A DNA stretch of 64,000 nt, from contig CP060762.1 in assembly GCA_023205875.1 (NCBI GenBank), positions 682,001-746,000 of the forward strand. The letters run 5' to 3'. Shown piece by piece: positions 47,056 to 56,706 of the stretch. The notes below the pieces were generated by a model. The model made no database searches, was not told where the DNA came from, and saw only the letters and a list, made by a program, of their open reading frames with translations. The position numbers and the translations under genes were made by a program. Position 1 is the first letter of the stretch; every line of letters starts with the position of its first letter. This DNA comes from Chloropicon primus (Eukaryota).

Positions 47056-48435
47056 ATGTGCAAGGTGGTGGGCACGGGGGAGGGGTTCATGCTGACTCAG
47101 AGGAGTTGCGACGCGTCGCAGTGCCTGCTGTGCTCGAGGCGAGGGGATGAGGTCTTGAAGAGGTACGTGGGGGACGCGGACTTGGAGAGGCCGTCGGGAC
47201 AAGATGCCCTGTCTCACGTGTTCAAGTCGCCCCCGGCCTCGCCCACGAGGACCGGGGTGGACCACTCGGTGGCCCGGGATGTCCCGGAGCACGAGAGCTC
47301 GAGGTTGCTGGAGTTCCTCCCGGAGCTTTGCGGCGAGGGGGACCTCTCTGGGGAGAGCAGTTTCCGGGACCACGTCGTGCCTCAGCTCTCTTGCAACAGG
47401 AGGAGGGAGACGTACGAGGTGAGGGAGAGCACGAGCGACAAGAGGGACAAGGTGATTGCCAAGATGGACTTTCGGTCCGCGGGCGGGTTCTTCGCCACGG
47501 CCACCTCCTGCAAGGAGCTCTGCATTCACAATATAGCCGACCGCGGCGTCGGTGGGGGCGGGGGTGGCCAGGACGAGTCTCGGGAGACCGACTCCATCGA
47601 CCCTCGCTGGGTTCACAGGTCCAGCGCCAAGCTGAGCTCCTTGGTGTGGAACAACCATTCGAACATGATCACGGTGGGGGACCACTACGGGGAGCTGACC
47701 CGCGTGGACGTCGAAACGTGCCACATCGTGAGGGAAGTCGACGAGGGGAACGGGTCTCCCGTCTTGGATCTCAAGAGGAACAGGCACTTCGACACGATGT
47801 GCCTCCTCACTTCCACGAAGAGCGGGACCGTCAAGCTTTGGGCGGAAGACCTTAGCGACAGTCTCTCCATCACGGACGAGACTCACACCATCCCAGTTTG
47901 CGGGGTCGCATTCTCCCCCTTGAACGTCAACTGGATCGCCATGGCGAGGTCCGACTCGACGGTGTGCGTCTACGACGTGAGGTACGTGACCGCACCGCTG
48001 TGGACGACCAATGTGGGCGGGTCCGGGAGCGCCGTGGCCCACGTCGACTACTGCGGCGACGGGGACGTCGTGTGCTCCTCCTTGAACGACGGGATCTCCG
48101 TGTGGGAGAGCCAGAAGGTCAGGGAAGGGCACCTCAGCATGGCCAAGAGGCCCCCCCTCACTTTCGACAGCCATCAGCTGACCAAGCACTTTGTGGGCCT
48201 CTCCGTGAGCGAGGGCGACCTGATCGCCAGCGGCTCGGAGGACGGGAAGGCGTACGTCTACAGCCGGACCAGCAGGATGCCGGTTACGGTGTGCGAGAGC
48301 CTAGCCGGGGACAAATGCGTCACGGCCGTGGAGTGGATTCCAAAGGGCCAGTCCTCTGGCCCCTCGCTTGGCCTCCTGGTGGCCCAAGGGTCCTCCATTC
48401 GCAGGTTCGAGATCGATCCCCCCGCGGCTGTCTGA
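47056..48435 (+). CDS. COP1/SPA/RUP-family WD40 protein (divergent)
   Basis: VIAKMDF..GGFFATA, SAKLSSLVWN, GTVKLW, VCGVAFSP, CVYDVRYVTAPL, FDSHQLTKHFVGLSV..LIASGSEDGKAYVY. 5' end uncertain. Confidence 0.8.
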   Translation: MCKVVGTGEGFMLTQRSCDASQCLLCSRRGDEVLKRYVGDADLERPSGQDALSHVFKSPPASPTRTGVDHSVARDVPEHESSRLLEFLPELCGEGDLSGESSFRDHVVPQLSCNRRRETYEVRESTSDKRDKVIAKMDFRSAGGFFATATSCKELCIHNIADRGVGGGGGGQDESRETDSIDPRWVHRSSAKLSSLVWNNHSNMITVGDHYGELTRVDVETCHIVREVDEGNGSPVLDLKRNRHFDTMCLLTSTKSGTVKLWAEDLSDSLSITDETHTIPVCGVAFSPLNVNWIAMARSDSTVCVYDVRYVTAPLWTTNVGGSGSAVAHVDYCGDGDVVCSSLNDGISVWESQKVREGHLSMAKRPPLTFDSHQLTKHFVGLSVSEGDLIASGSEDGKAYVYSRTSRMPVTVCESLAGDKCVTAVEWIPKGQSSGPSLGLLVAQGSSIRRFEIDPPAAV

Positions 48436-49334
48436 ATGGTTGGACCCCCCCCCACGCACCCACGCACGCGTGTAGTCCGCAGCATTCTTTATTGTTCTTC
48501 TAATGTTATAATGATACCCCAATTCGTCGATCGAGCGCGCGGCGCGTCACTGTTCCTTCCCTTCGGAGCAACCCCCCCCCACACGACAATCACGGGGTGC
48601 AGTGGGATTGCTTGGTTCGGAAGAACGCGGTGTCACACATCATATCACCCATCGTGCTTCCATGCCCTTGACCTCCTCCCCGGCATGGACAACAAGGCGA
48701 TGCCATGATCCTCGCCCTCCTGTGTGCGTCGTGGTCCCTCCCTCCTCTTGCTGACTCCTCAGGCCACCAGGAGAGAAGAGAGAAGAGAGAGAGAGAGAGG
48801 TGAACAATGGTGCAAAGGATTGATTCCTTGGATTGGTTCCAACTCATCGATCCATCCCCTCTCCCTCTCCTCCCTGGCCTCGTCCTCCACCTTTGATCTT
48901 TGATCCTCAGAAGATCTTGATCTCTGCCTTATCCAATGAACGAACGAACGGGAGACGGAGGACACGGGGACTGGACTGGAGACAAGGACCAAGAGGTAAG
49001 GAGACGGCAGCGACGGCGACGACGGAGGTGGAGAGCGGGGGCGCAAGGACGACGCGAGAGGGAACACACCCAGTTTACCCTCAAGGGAGTCTCGAGGAGT
49101 CACGGGGTACGGGACGCGCGCTTTGTCCTCCCTAGGGAGAAGGAGAAGAAGAAGTGGAGTGGTTTGGGGGATGGATGGATGGGCTTTGCTTCGTCTTGGT
49201 CCTGTTGCTCTGTTCGAGGTCTGCGTCGTGTGCTGACTCTGTTACTCTGTGTTTGTCTTGCTCCCCTCCTCCTCCTGGATGGCGGCAACGTCTTGGCGAC
49301 GACGGACGGGTACGGATGCGATAGTAGCGAGACG

Positions 49335-50053
49335 ATGGCATTGAGTTTGAAGAGCGGAGCGAGAGCATGGTCAGCAACGGCTGGGGCCGCGAGCCAGAGG
49401 GGCAGCTTGTCCACCGCCCTGACGAGGGCGAGGCCGGCGAGGGAGGAAAGCGGGATCGTGTCGTTCCCGCACCCCAAGCTCAGCTTGGGGGAGAGCTTGG
49501 CTCTTGTGGCGACGACGGCAGTTGCTCTGGGGTGCGCCTCCTCTGCGGAGGCCAAAGTCGTCATGAAGAAGATCGATTCTCAGAAGGTTTTCCAGCCTGA
49601 GGTGACGCAGAGGCAGCCCAAGGGCCCAAGGAAGCCAAGGGCCAAGAGCGGGGGAGGAATGAGCATGCCTGCCCTCTCCGCGCCCTCCGTCTCCGTGCCT
49701 ACTATCGGAAGCGGGCCCGTTGCATCCATAGCTCCCATCGCATTGAGCGTGGGTGCTCTTGGGGCAGCCACAGTGGTGAGTCACCCCGTCCTCGTGCCGT
49801 CCCCTCGGTTCCTTTCTTGAGAGTCGTCTTGAGCGCAACTGACCGTGGAGTCGCCAATCCGCTTCTGTTTTTTTGCTCGCCTTCCCCTCTCCCTCTCCCT
49901 CTCCTCCCTCTTGGCTTGGCTGGAATCGAAACCCAGGCCGCCTCTAAAGCCGACGATGGCTTCTGGGATTTCATCAACGAGGGCATGGCGAAGGATGTCA
50001 GCTCCTACGTCGGCGGCGAGGAGGGTTTGAAGGACTCGGAGTTTTTCAACTAA
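49335..50053 (+). CDS. Uncharacterised thylakoid-targeted single-TM protein (2 exons)
   Basis: Exons 49335-49775 and 49937-50053. Transit peptide, hydrophobic lumenal signal ending AEA/KVV, TM near IAPIALSVGALGAATVAA, tail DDGFWDFINEGMAKD. Confidence 0.7.
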
Positions 50054-50424
50054 CTCCTCGATAACCCACCCCTTTAGAACAGCAAGCATTCATTCCTGGA
50101 TTCCGTACTCCGATGCAATAAAGTGGGGTGGCTGGCCACCATCCACCACCCGTCATCACCTATTTGTCACTAAATACGATCCGATACACATACACACCAC
50201 CACCTCCACTCGGTGGCCTCTCCTCCCCTCTCCCTCTCCCTCTCCCTCAGAGAGATGCCTCCCGAGGATCGTCCAATCGTGCGCAAAACCTGAAACTCCA
50301 TCCAAGTCCCCGCCTGATCTTTCAGCCTGGCCTGTCCCTCCAACCTTCCCCTCGTTCCCTCCATCCCCTCCATCGCCTCCATCGCCACATCGCTCGTTCC
50401 CGCGCTCCATTCATCATCGGCACC

Positions 50425-51172
50425 ATGGCGTCGTCTATGAGGAGGAGGGTGGCCAGGAGCGACAAGAGCGGGGACGAGGTGGACCACGAGGGCGCTGGGA
50501 TCGAAGGCGAATGGGACAAGGTCAGACCAACAACACAAGAAAAACAAAAACAAAAACAAAACAAAAAAACGAACGATAAACACAAACGAGAAGGGAGGTC
50601 TTTCCTTTCCCAAAGGCGATGCGCATCTCTCTGTGTGTGTGTGTGTATGTGTGTGTGTGTGTTCTTCATGTGGAGATTCGCGTCAGTGGTGCTGACCCTC
50701 ACTCGTCTCTTCGGTTTGTGTTTGCTTGTGGTTTTTCTCTCTCTCTCTCTTGGGATGGAACGGAACAGGACAAGCTCCTTGATGCGCTGCATTGGCTGAA
50801 GCAGATCATGGGCGTAATCTGTGGTGTCGTTTTTGGGTTTTTGCCCATCACAGGTTTCGTTGGGGCTGCCGCCTTCGCTGCAATCAATGCAGCCAGCTCG
50901 CACACCTTTTACCACTCTTACCTGCAGTGAGTATACAAGCCGATACGGCATCCTCTGTCTAGTCTCCTTCCCTTCCCTCTCTGGTGTCTCCCTCCAACGC
51001 CAAGCTAACCAGCATCACTATTCATTGGTTCTTGCGGTTTCTTTTCTTTGCGAACAGGATTGACGAGGACGACTATGGCGGCCACAGTGCGCTCCTGGGC
51101 GAAGGATTCATGCCCTCCGTCTTTGTCTTCCAGCTCTGTTGGATCTTGACGTACTCTTTGGTCCACTACTGA
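50425..51172 (+). CDS. RAB5IF: RAB5IF/OPTI (EMC6-like, Rab5ip family) ER membrane protein (3 exons)
   Basis: Exons 50425-50520, 50769-50926 and 51058-51172. WDKDKLLDALHWLKQIMGVICGVVFG.LPITG, IDEDDYGG..LLGEGF..WILTYS. Confidence 0.85.
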
Positions 51173-51252
51173 GGAAGGGAAACGAAAATAAAGATACCAT
51201 TACTTTTTTCTTGAAACCACGAATCATCACCGGCAATGCTTAAGCCCCCGAC

Positions 51253-52171
51253 TCACTCCTGGGCCTGCTCGTTCTCTTTCATCTCCCGCCTTGCTTGCTC
51301 CAGGAGAATCTTGGCCTCCCCCGGCGCAATACCTCCTCGGGCGATCTGCTTCACCAACTCCTTCGCCTCTGGCCTCCTGAGCAGGCCCCTGACGTTGTAC
51401 ACGCCCGTTCCGAAACAGACTTGGCACACGAGCGTCCCCCTGCCATAGCACTGGGGGCACTCTGTGTACTGGTAGCTGTCCTGCGGTCGCTTGCGTTCCA
51501 GGGCCTTCCACTTGCCGGTGCCACCGCACAAGTCACCTGGGGTCGATCAAGAGGGAAGAGCAGAGCGCCATGCACGACACTGTCAGGGCAAAGCACAACC
51601 GAACGCGGAAGAAGAAGCGAAAGAAGAAGCGAAAGAAGAAGAAGAAACAGGAGAGAACAAGCCACCCTCTTCCGCCGTGTCCGTCGTGCACGGAGCGGAC
51701 CGCTTCCACTGATGCCAATCACTTACAAGTCACGATTCCTGTTCCAAGGCATTCCCTGCATTTTTTGAGGGGTTCATCGTCTCCCTCCGCCGCTTTCGCC
51801 TCCGGGGAGCTCAAGCCCGTGGACAGCATGGGAATGAAGAGGCCGCACATCCCAAGCAACCTCGCCGTCGCGGCCCTCCTCCCCTCCCTCCCTTCTTCTC
51901 GCTCCACCCCCCCGGTGGTGGAGGAGCTCTCTCCCTCAGCCCTCTTCTCCTCCGCCCCTCTCCTCCGCCCCCCCTCGCAACACCCGCACCCCCCCTCTCC
52001 CCTCTCCCCTCGGCATCCCCCCCCCTCCAAGCTCTCCTTCCCTCTCGCTCTCGTCCTCCCTCTCCCTCTCCCTCTCCCTCTCCCTCCCGCTCCCGGCCTC
52101 GCCACTCTCTCCGGCAGAGCCACGCACGAGGTCGCCCCCCACTTCGTCCCTCCCGCTCTCCCCTCCGCCAT
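51253..52171 (-). CDS. PSA2: Photosystem I assembly 2, DnaJ-type zinc-finger lumenal protein (2 exons)
   Basis: Intron 51726-51537. [54 protein letters not shown]; lumenal signal ending AKA. Confidence 0.87.
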
Positions 52172-52305
52172 CGCCTTCGCCTTCGCCCTCGCCTTCGCCC
52201 TCGCTCCGCTTCTGTGGCTCACAAGCCTCCGCTAATGGATAACGCCGCGATGGCGAAGGCGATGGCGAAGGCGGAGGCGATGGCGGGGGGGAGAGCGGGA
52301 GGGAC
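52146..52305. repeat. 59-bp inverted repeat (4 mismatches, 42-bp spacer) spanning the PSA2 and LPA3 start codons
   Basis: The reverse complement of 52146-52204 aligns without gaps to 52247-52305. Confidence 0.85.
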
Positions 52306-53200
52306 ATCGCATGCGTCCCATGAATCGCGGGGGGATCATTCGTCCAGGGCATCGTGCTCACGAGGTTTCACGCCACGACACCGTGTGGTGGTGCGAAAGA
52401 GAGGGAGAGGGAGGCCATCCACTTCGACTTCCAGGAGGTCCCTGCCGAGGACTTACGAGCAGGCGCTGGCGCAGGCACACGGGGCGGTGAGGGATGCTCT
52501 GAAAGACGGGGAGAAGCTGATCGAGGTGGAGTTCCCGCCCCTGTCGCTGGGAGCGGTTTGTGGGGACGGGGAGGGGTCGGTGGAGATGGACGCGAACCTC
52601 GGGCATGTCCTGGAGCTCTCGGCGATGCTGGTCAAGGAAAGCAAGCAAAAGAACCTCAAGGTGTTGCTGCCGGAGGAGAAGGAGGAGGAGGAATTGTTGA
52701 GCCTCAAGGAGGCGCAGTACCCTAACGCAAGCTTCGGGACGGGGTTCCTCACGAACCCAAGCCTCCTCGGTGACGTCGGCCTCGACTTGTTCCAAAAGCC
52801 TATCACGGAATGCATTGACCCGGAGGACTCCCTGTTCCTAGCAGCCTACCCCTCCTTTAGTGTCAACGAGATGCTCGCCGTGGAGGAGTTGCACGTGGAG
52901 GAGCCGGGCACACCCATCGTCGTGGTGAACGGCGAGCTGGATCGGTTTCGCAGCGGGTACTACCCGAAACTCTTTTACAAGAAGGTTGCGGCGATGTCAA
53001 GCTCCTTCATCCCGGGGTTCGTCGGGGCGTTCTACTTGCACAATTTCAAGGGACGGAAGCCTGGCTCTCTGTTCAGGCGTTATCCCGGGCCCTGGCAAGT
53101 GTTCCGGCGCGATGCAGACACCACCGAGGTTCGCGAGTGCATTCACGAGCAAGACGAGCGGCCAACCTTGAGAGAAATAGCGTTGGAGTACTTTGTCTAG
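52235..53200 (+). CDS. LPA3: LOW PSII ACCUMULATION 3-like, DUF1995 protein
   Basis: LIEVEFPP..GDGEG..EM, AYPSFSVNEMLAVEEL, NGELDRFRSGYYPKLFY, YLHNFKG..LFRRYPGPWQV. In-frame ATGs at 52235, 52250, 52262 and 52280. Confidence 0.87.
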   Translation: MDNAAMAKAMAKAEAMAGGRAGGTSHASHESRGDHSSRASCSRGFTPRHRVVVRKRGRGRPSTSTSRRSLPRTYEQALAQAHGAVRDALKDGEKLIEVEFPPLSLGAVCGDGEGSVEMDANLGHVLELSAMLVKESKQKNLKVLLPEEKEEEELLSLKEAQYPNASFGTGFLTNPSLLGDVGLDLFQKPITECIDPEDSLFLAAYPSFSVNEMLAVEELHVEEPGTPIVVVNGELDRFRSGYYPKLFYKKVAAMSSSFIPGFVGAFYLHNFKGRKPGSLFRRYPGPWQVFRRDADTTEVRECIHEQDERPTLREIALEYFV

Positions 53201-53225
53201 AGTACTTTGTGTAGACTACAAATTA

Positions 53226-53230
53226 TGTAA
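53226..53230 (+). terminator. TGTAA chlorophyte-type polyadenylation signal (representative)
   Basis: TGTAA lies 25 nt after the LPA3 stop. Others occur at 26636 (+), 37879 (+), 29633-29637 (-) and 28142 (-). Confidence 0.6.
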
Positions 53231-53284
53231 CAAAATCGTTGTACAGCATCACAAGCATACCTCGCGCGCCCCACCGCCCGTTGT

Positions 53285-55570
53285 TTATTCCTTTTCACCC
53301 CTCCTTCTGAACTCGTTTACTTTGACAAAAATGCTTCTCCCCTCCTTCTGGACGTTCAGCTTGAGGTCGTTCTCCAGGAGACTGCACACGACCTGGTAGT
53401 CCAGAGAGGATCCCAGATTCAATTTGAGCTCCCCGACGTGGGGCTTCTTCTTCAAGCTATTGAGCACGGAAAGAACTTGGAACCTCACCTCCTTCACGGT
53501 GCCGTGGTGGATGCTCATGGAGAACGACGAAGAGTCTTGCCCGTCCCCGGGCTCGCTTCTTCCGCCGGCGCCGGCAGTGCCACCGAAGTCTTCCTCGGTC
53601 AAGTTCAAGAGGCACAGGTCGCCGTGGCTCATCCTGTACTCGACCAAAGCATTCTCCAGCGAAGAAATCTGCTCCTCCGCGGGCTTGTGACCCAGCCCCC
53701 TCATGTGCTTCACCACCGAAAAGGCCCTGGAGAACTCAGAGGAAGAAATTGCTGCTCTCAGGATGAGGTTGAATACCTTGGAGTCGCTGCTTTCCGTCCA
53801 CTGGAACCAGAACTTCTCGTACAGCTCCCACACGCGGCCCAAATCCCCCTGGTTCACGTGGAACCTGGTGACCTCCCTGGACAGCTCCTCCAGAGCCTCT
53901 TGCCCGTGCTCCTCCACCATCAGGCCACGGAGGCGCTGGAACTTGCCCGTGTCCCTTACGTCACAAGCGATGGAAATCAGGAGCCTCAAGGTCTCCTTGT
54001 CCGGGCTGAGGCCCTCCTCCTTCATGGCCTCGAAGTACCGCCAAGCTTTCCCGAAATCCTCCGCCGTGAAAACCCTGTTGGAGGCCAGGTGGGCGCAAGC
54101 CTGGATGGCAAGGCAGTAGCACTCGGCATCCAGGTCAAAATCGCTCTGCTTCGCCTGGTGCAAGGCCTCGAACACCAGGTGGCCCTCGTCCGGAATCATG
54201 CAAGACCTCATGAGAACTTTGAACATCTCCAGCGAAGGCTTTTGGGAGGTCACCGACAGGTTCCTCTGTATCTTCATCCACATTCTTTGCGTCAGGTTCG
54301 CGTCTTTCTTCCTGGCAGTCACCTCCAAGAGGGACCGCCAGACCCCCTCGTTCGGGTGGAGGGAGAGGGACTGCATCTGGTTCACCACGCTTTGGGCCCT
54401 CACGTACTTGCCCTGCTTTCCATACGACTCGATCAGGAGGGAGAACGTTTGCATGTTGGGCACGAGTCCCAGCATCCTCATGTAATCATACAAGTCCTCG
54501 CACTTTTCGCAGCGGTCGGCCATGATCGAAGACCTCATCACGGTGTTCATGGTCTCCACGTCGGGCACGAAGCCCCCCTTCACGAAGTTCTCGAAGAAAG
54601 AGACGCAGGTCTCGTGGTTGGGCGCCACAAGGTCGAGCACCGCGTTGCAAACGGCGACGCTGCTCACCCCCGCCGCCGCCGCGGCCGACTCCTTGCCCCC
54701 CCCCCTCCCGCTCTTCCCCTCCTCCCCCTCCCTGACGGACTTGACGTAAGCCTCGAACGCCCGGAGGCCCTCGACCTCCTCCCCTTGGGCTGAGCACCCT
54801 TTGATGTACTCGGCGTACATCAAGTCGTCCGGTCTCTGAGAGGCGAACTGCCTCCCGTTCCTCACGAACAAGGACACGCACTGGTCGAAAATTCTTTTGG
54901 TCGTCTCGAAGGGGCTCCCCTCCCTGACGCTCCTCCTCAGCAGCTGGGTGTGCACCTTCCTGTTGGCGTGCTCGGGGAGAGCGTCCAGGTACCTCAGAGC
55001 CAAGTCCAAGTCTGCAAACTTGGCAACGTCCTTCAAGATTATTCCAGCGGGCAACACGGCCTTCGCCTCCTCCGACACCTCCCCTCCGCACCCGACCTCG
55101 CCGTCGTCCCCCCCTCGAACGACCTCACAAAACTGAAGCAGGCTCTCGAACTCCCTCCCTTTGAGCAAACTCCAGCACTGCCTCTTGAGAAAATCTTCCC
55201 ACGCCGTGTTGGACGACGACGACGTCGTCGTCGTCGTCGTCGTGTCCCGACTCCTTTGCACGATTATCCGTCCCATCACCGCGGATTCCCCTGCTCCTCG
55301 CCTCCTTATCTCCCTCTCCCTCACCGAACTCCTCCCCTCCCTCCCTCCTCCTGCCATCCTCGTCCTCATCCTTATCCTCATCCTCAACCTCAACCTCATC
55401 CTCATCCTCATCCCTCCTCCGGAACCAGCCACCGCCGCCGTGGCCCCTGCCGCTTCCCACGCGGAAGTGGATGTTGTGTTGTTGTCGGTGGTCCCCTGCC
55501 CCCTCCTCCTCCCGGACCAGGCCTCCGCCCCCTTCGCCTTCGCCTTCGCGGCCGTCCACACCGGCGCCAT
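53285..55570 (-). CDS. Organellar pentatricopeptide-repeat protein with possible degenerate C-terminal SMR domain
   Basis: PPR motifs (PDVETMNTVM, LVPNMQTFSLLIESYGKQG, PNEGVWRSLL). C-terminal SMSIHHGTVKEVRFQVLSVL resembles the start of an SMR domain. Confidence 0.85.
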   Translation of the reverse strand: MAPVWTAAKAKAKGAEAWSGRRRGQGTTDNNTTSTSAWEAAGATAAVAGSGGGMRMRMRLRLRMRIRMRTRMAGGGREGRSSVREREIRRRGAGESAVMGRIIVQRSRDTTTTTTTSSSSNTAWEDFLKRQCWSLLKGREFESLLQFCEVVRGGDDGEVGCGGEVSEEAKAVLPAGIILKDVAKFADLDLALRYLDALPEHANRKVHTQLLRRSVREGSPFETTKRIFDQCVSLFVRNGRQFASQRPDDLMYAEYIKGCSAQGEEVEGLRAFEAYVKSVREGEEGKSGRGGGKESAAAAAGVSSVAVCNAVLDLVAPNHETCVSFFENFVKGGFVPDVETMNTVMRSSIMADRCEKCEDLYDYMRMLGLVPNMQTFSLLIESYGKQGKYVRAQSVVNQMQSLSLHPNEGVWRSLLEVTARKKDANLTQRMWMKIQRNLSVTSQKPSLEMFKVLMRSCMIPDEGHLVFEALHQAKQSDFDLDAECYCLAIQACAHLASNRVFTAEDFGKAWRYFEAMKEEGLSPDKETLRLLISIACDVRDTGKFQRLRGLMVEEHGQEALEELSREVTRFHVNQGDLGRVWELYEKFWFQWTESSDSKVFNLILRAAISSSEFSRAFSVVKHMRGLGHKPAEEQISSLENALVEYRMSHGDLCLLNLTEEDFGGTAGAGGRSEPGDGQDSSSFSMSIHHGTVKEVRFQVLSVLNSLKKKPHVGELKLNLGSSLDYQVVCSLLENDLKLNVQKEGRSIFVKVNEFRRRGEKE

Positions 55571-55753
55571 GTTCCCGCCAACTCTGCACACCACGAGCCT
55601 GGCGCGCGCTGGCGGGAACCCGAGCGGAGGACGAGAGCGGAGGACGAGAGCGAAGGCGAGGGAGACGGAGGGGTCGACCGATCGGAAGGGCGTCTCGCGA
55701 GCTTTCCGTCGGTGCCTCACTCGAAGGGTTTCGCCGAAAGGCCAGGACAGGAG

Positions 55754-55791
<38 letters not shown>

Positions 55792-55882
55792 GACCGACAG
55801 AGGAGCAAGGCGAAGGGAAGGAATTCGTTTCAGGGTTTTAGTGCAGAGACTCGGCTCCCTGGGGAGGTTCACGGAGAGATCG

Positions 55883-56629
55883 ATGGGTTCTGCATTCAGC
55901 AAGAAGAAGTCCACGTGAGTTCACGAAGAGGTTCCTTGGTGCGTGTGTGGAGAGCGGAGCCACTGACTCGACCGTTTCTTACTCTCATCAATCGTTTGGG
56001 CGTGGAGCAGGAAGGCTCAGCCGAGTGAGGTCGACAAGGCCATCTTGTCTCTCAAGACACAGAAGCGGAAGCTGACCGAGTACCAGAAGCAGGTCACGGT
56101 CAAAATAGCGGCAGCGCAGGAGCAAGCCCAGCGATGCGTGAGGGAGAAGAACAAGACCAGGGCCATGTTCAACCTGAAGCAGAAGAAGATCTTTCAAGTG
56201 AGACTGCAAGAGATTGACCAGTACCTCATGAATGTGGAGGAGACGCTGTGCAACATCGACACGGCGCGGCAGAACAACAAGGTCTTTGAGACCCTCAAGG
56301 CCGGAAACGAGGCCCTCAAGACCATCCAGTCGAAGGTCAGCATATCTGCCCTGCAGGATTTGGTGGCCGACACGGAGCAGGCCAAGGAGCACGAGCAGCA
56401 AGTGAACATGATTCTGGAGAGCGAGAGCATTGATATGTCGGAGGTCGAAGGGGACCTGACTTTGTTGGAGGCCGAGGTTCTGGGCGAGAGCGCGGCGGCA
56501 GACGATCTTCCGGATCTTCCGGATCTTCCGGACGTGCCAAAGAATCTCCCCGTTGCGAAGGAGGAAGAAAGCAAAGGGACTGGAGAGCCTGTCGCCAGCA
56601 GAACAGCAGAAGAACCGATGCTGGCGTGA
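55883..56629 (+). CDS. VPS20: ESCRT-III subunit VPS20/CHMP6 (2 exons)
   Basis: Micro-exon 55883-55914 gives MGSAFS (myristoylation motif); intron 55915-56010. DKAILSLKTQKRKL, VFETLKAGNEALK, LPDLPDVP (MIM2-like). Confidence 0.9.
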
Positions 56630-56706
56630 GCCGCGAACTAGCAAATGAATCCCTAACCATGTGTCTAACAATACCTATTCTTTTTTTTACACATCTCCGC
56701 GCCTCC

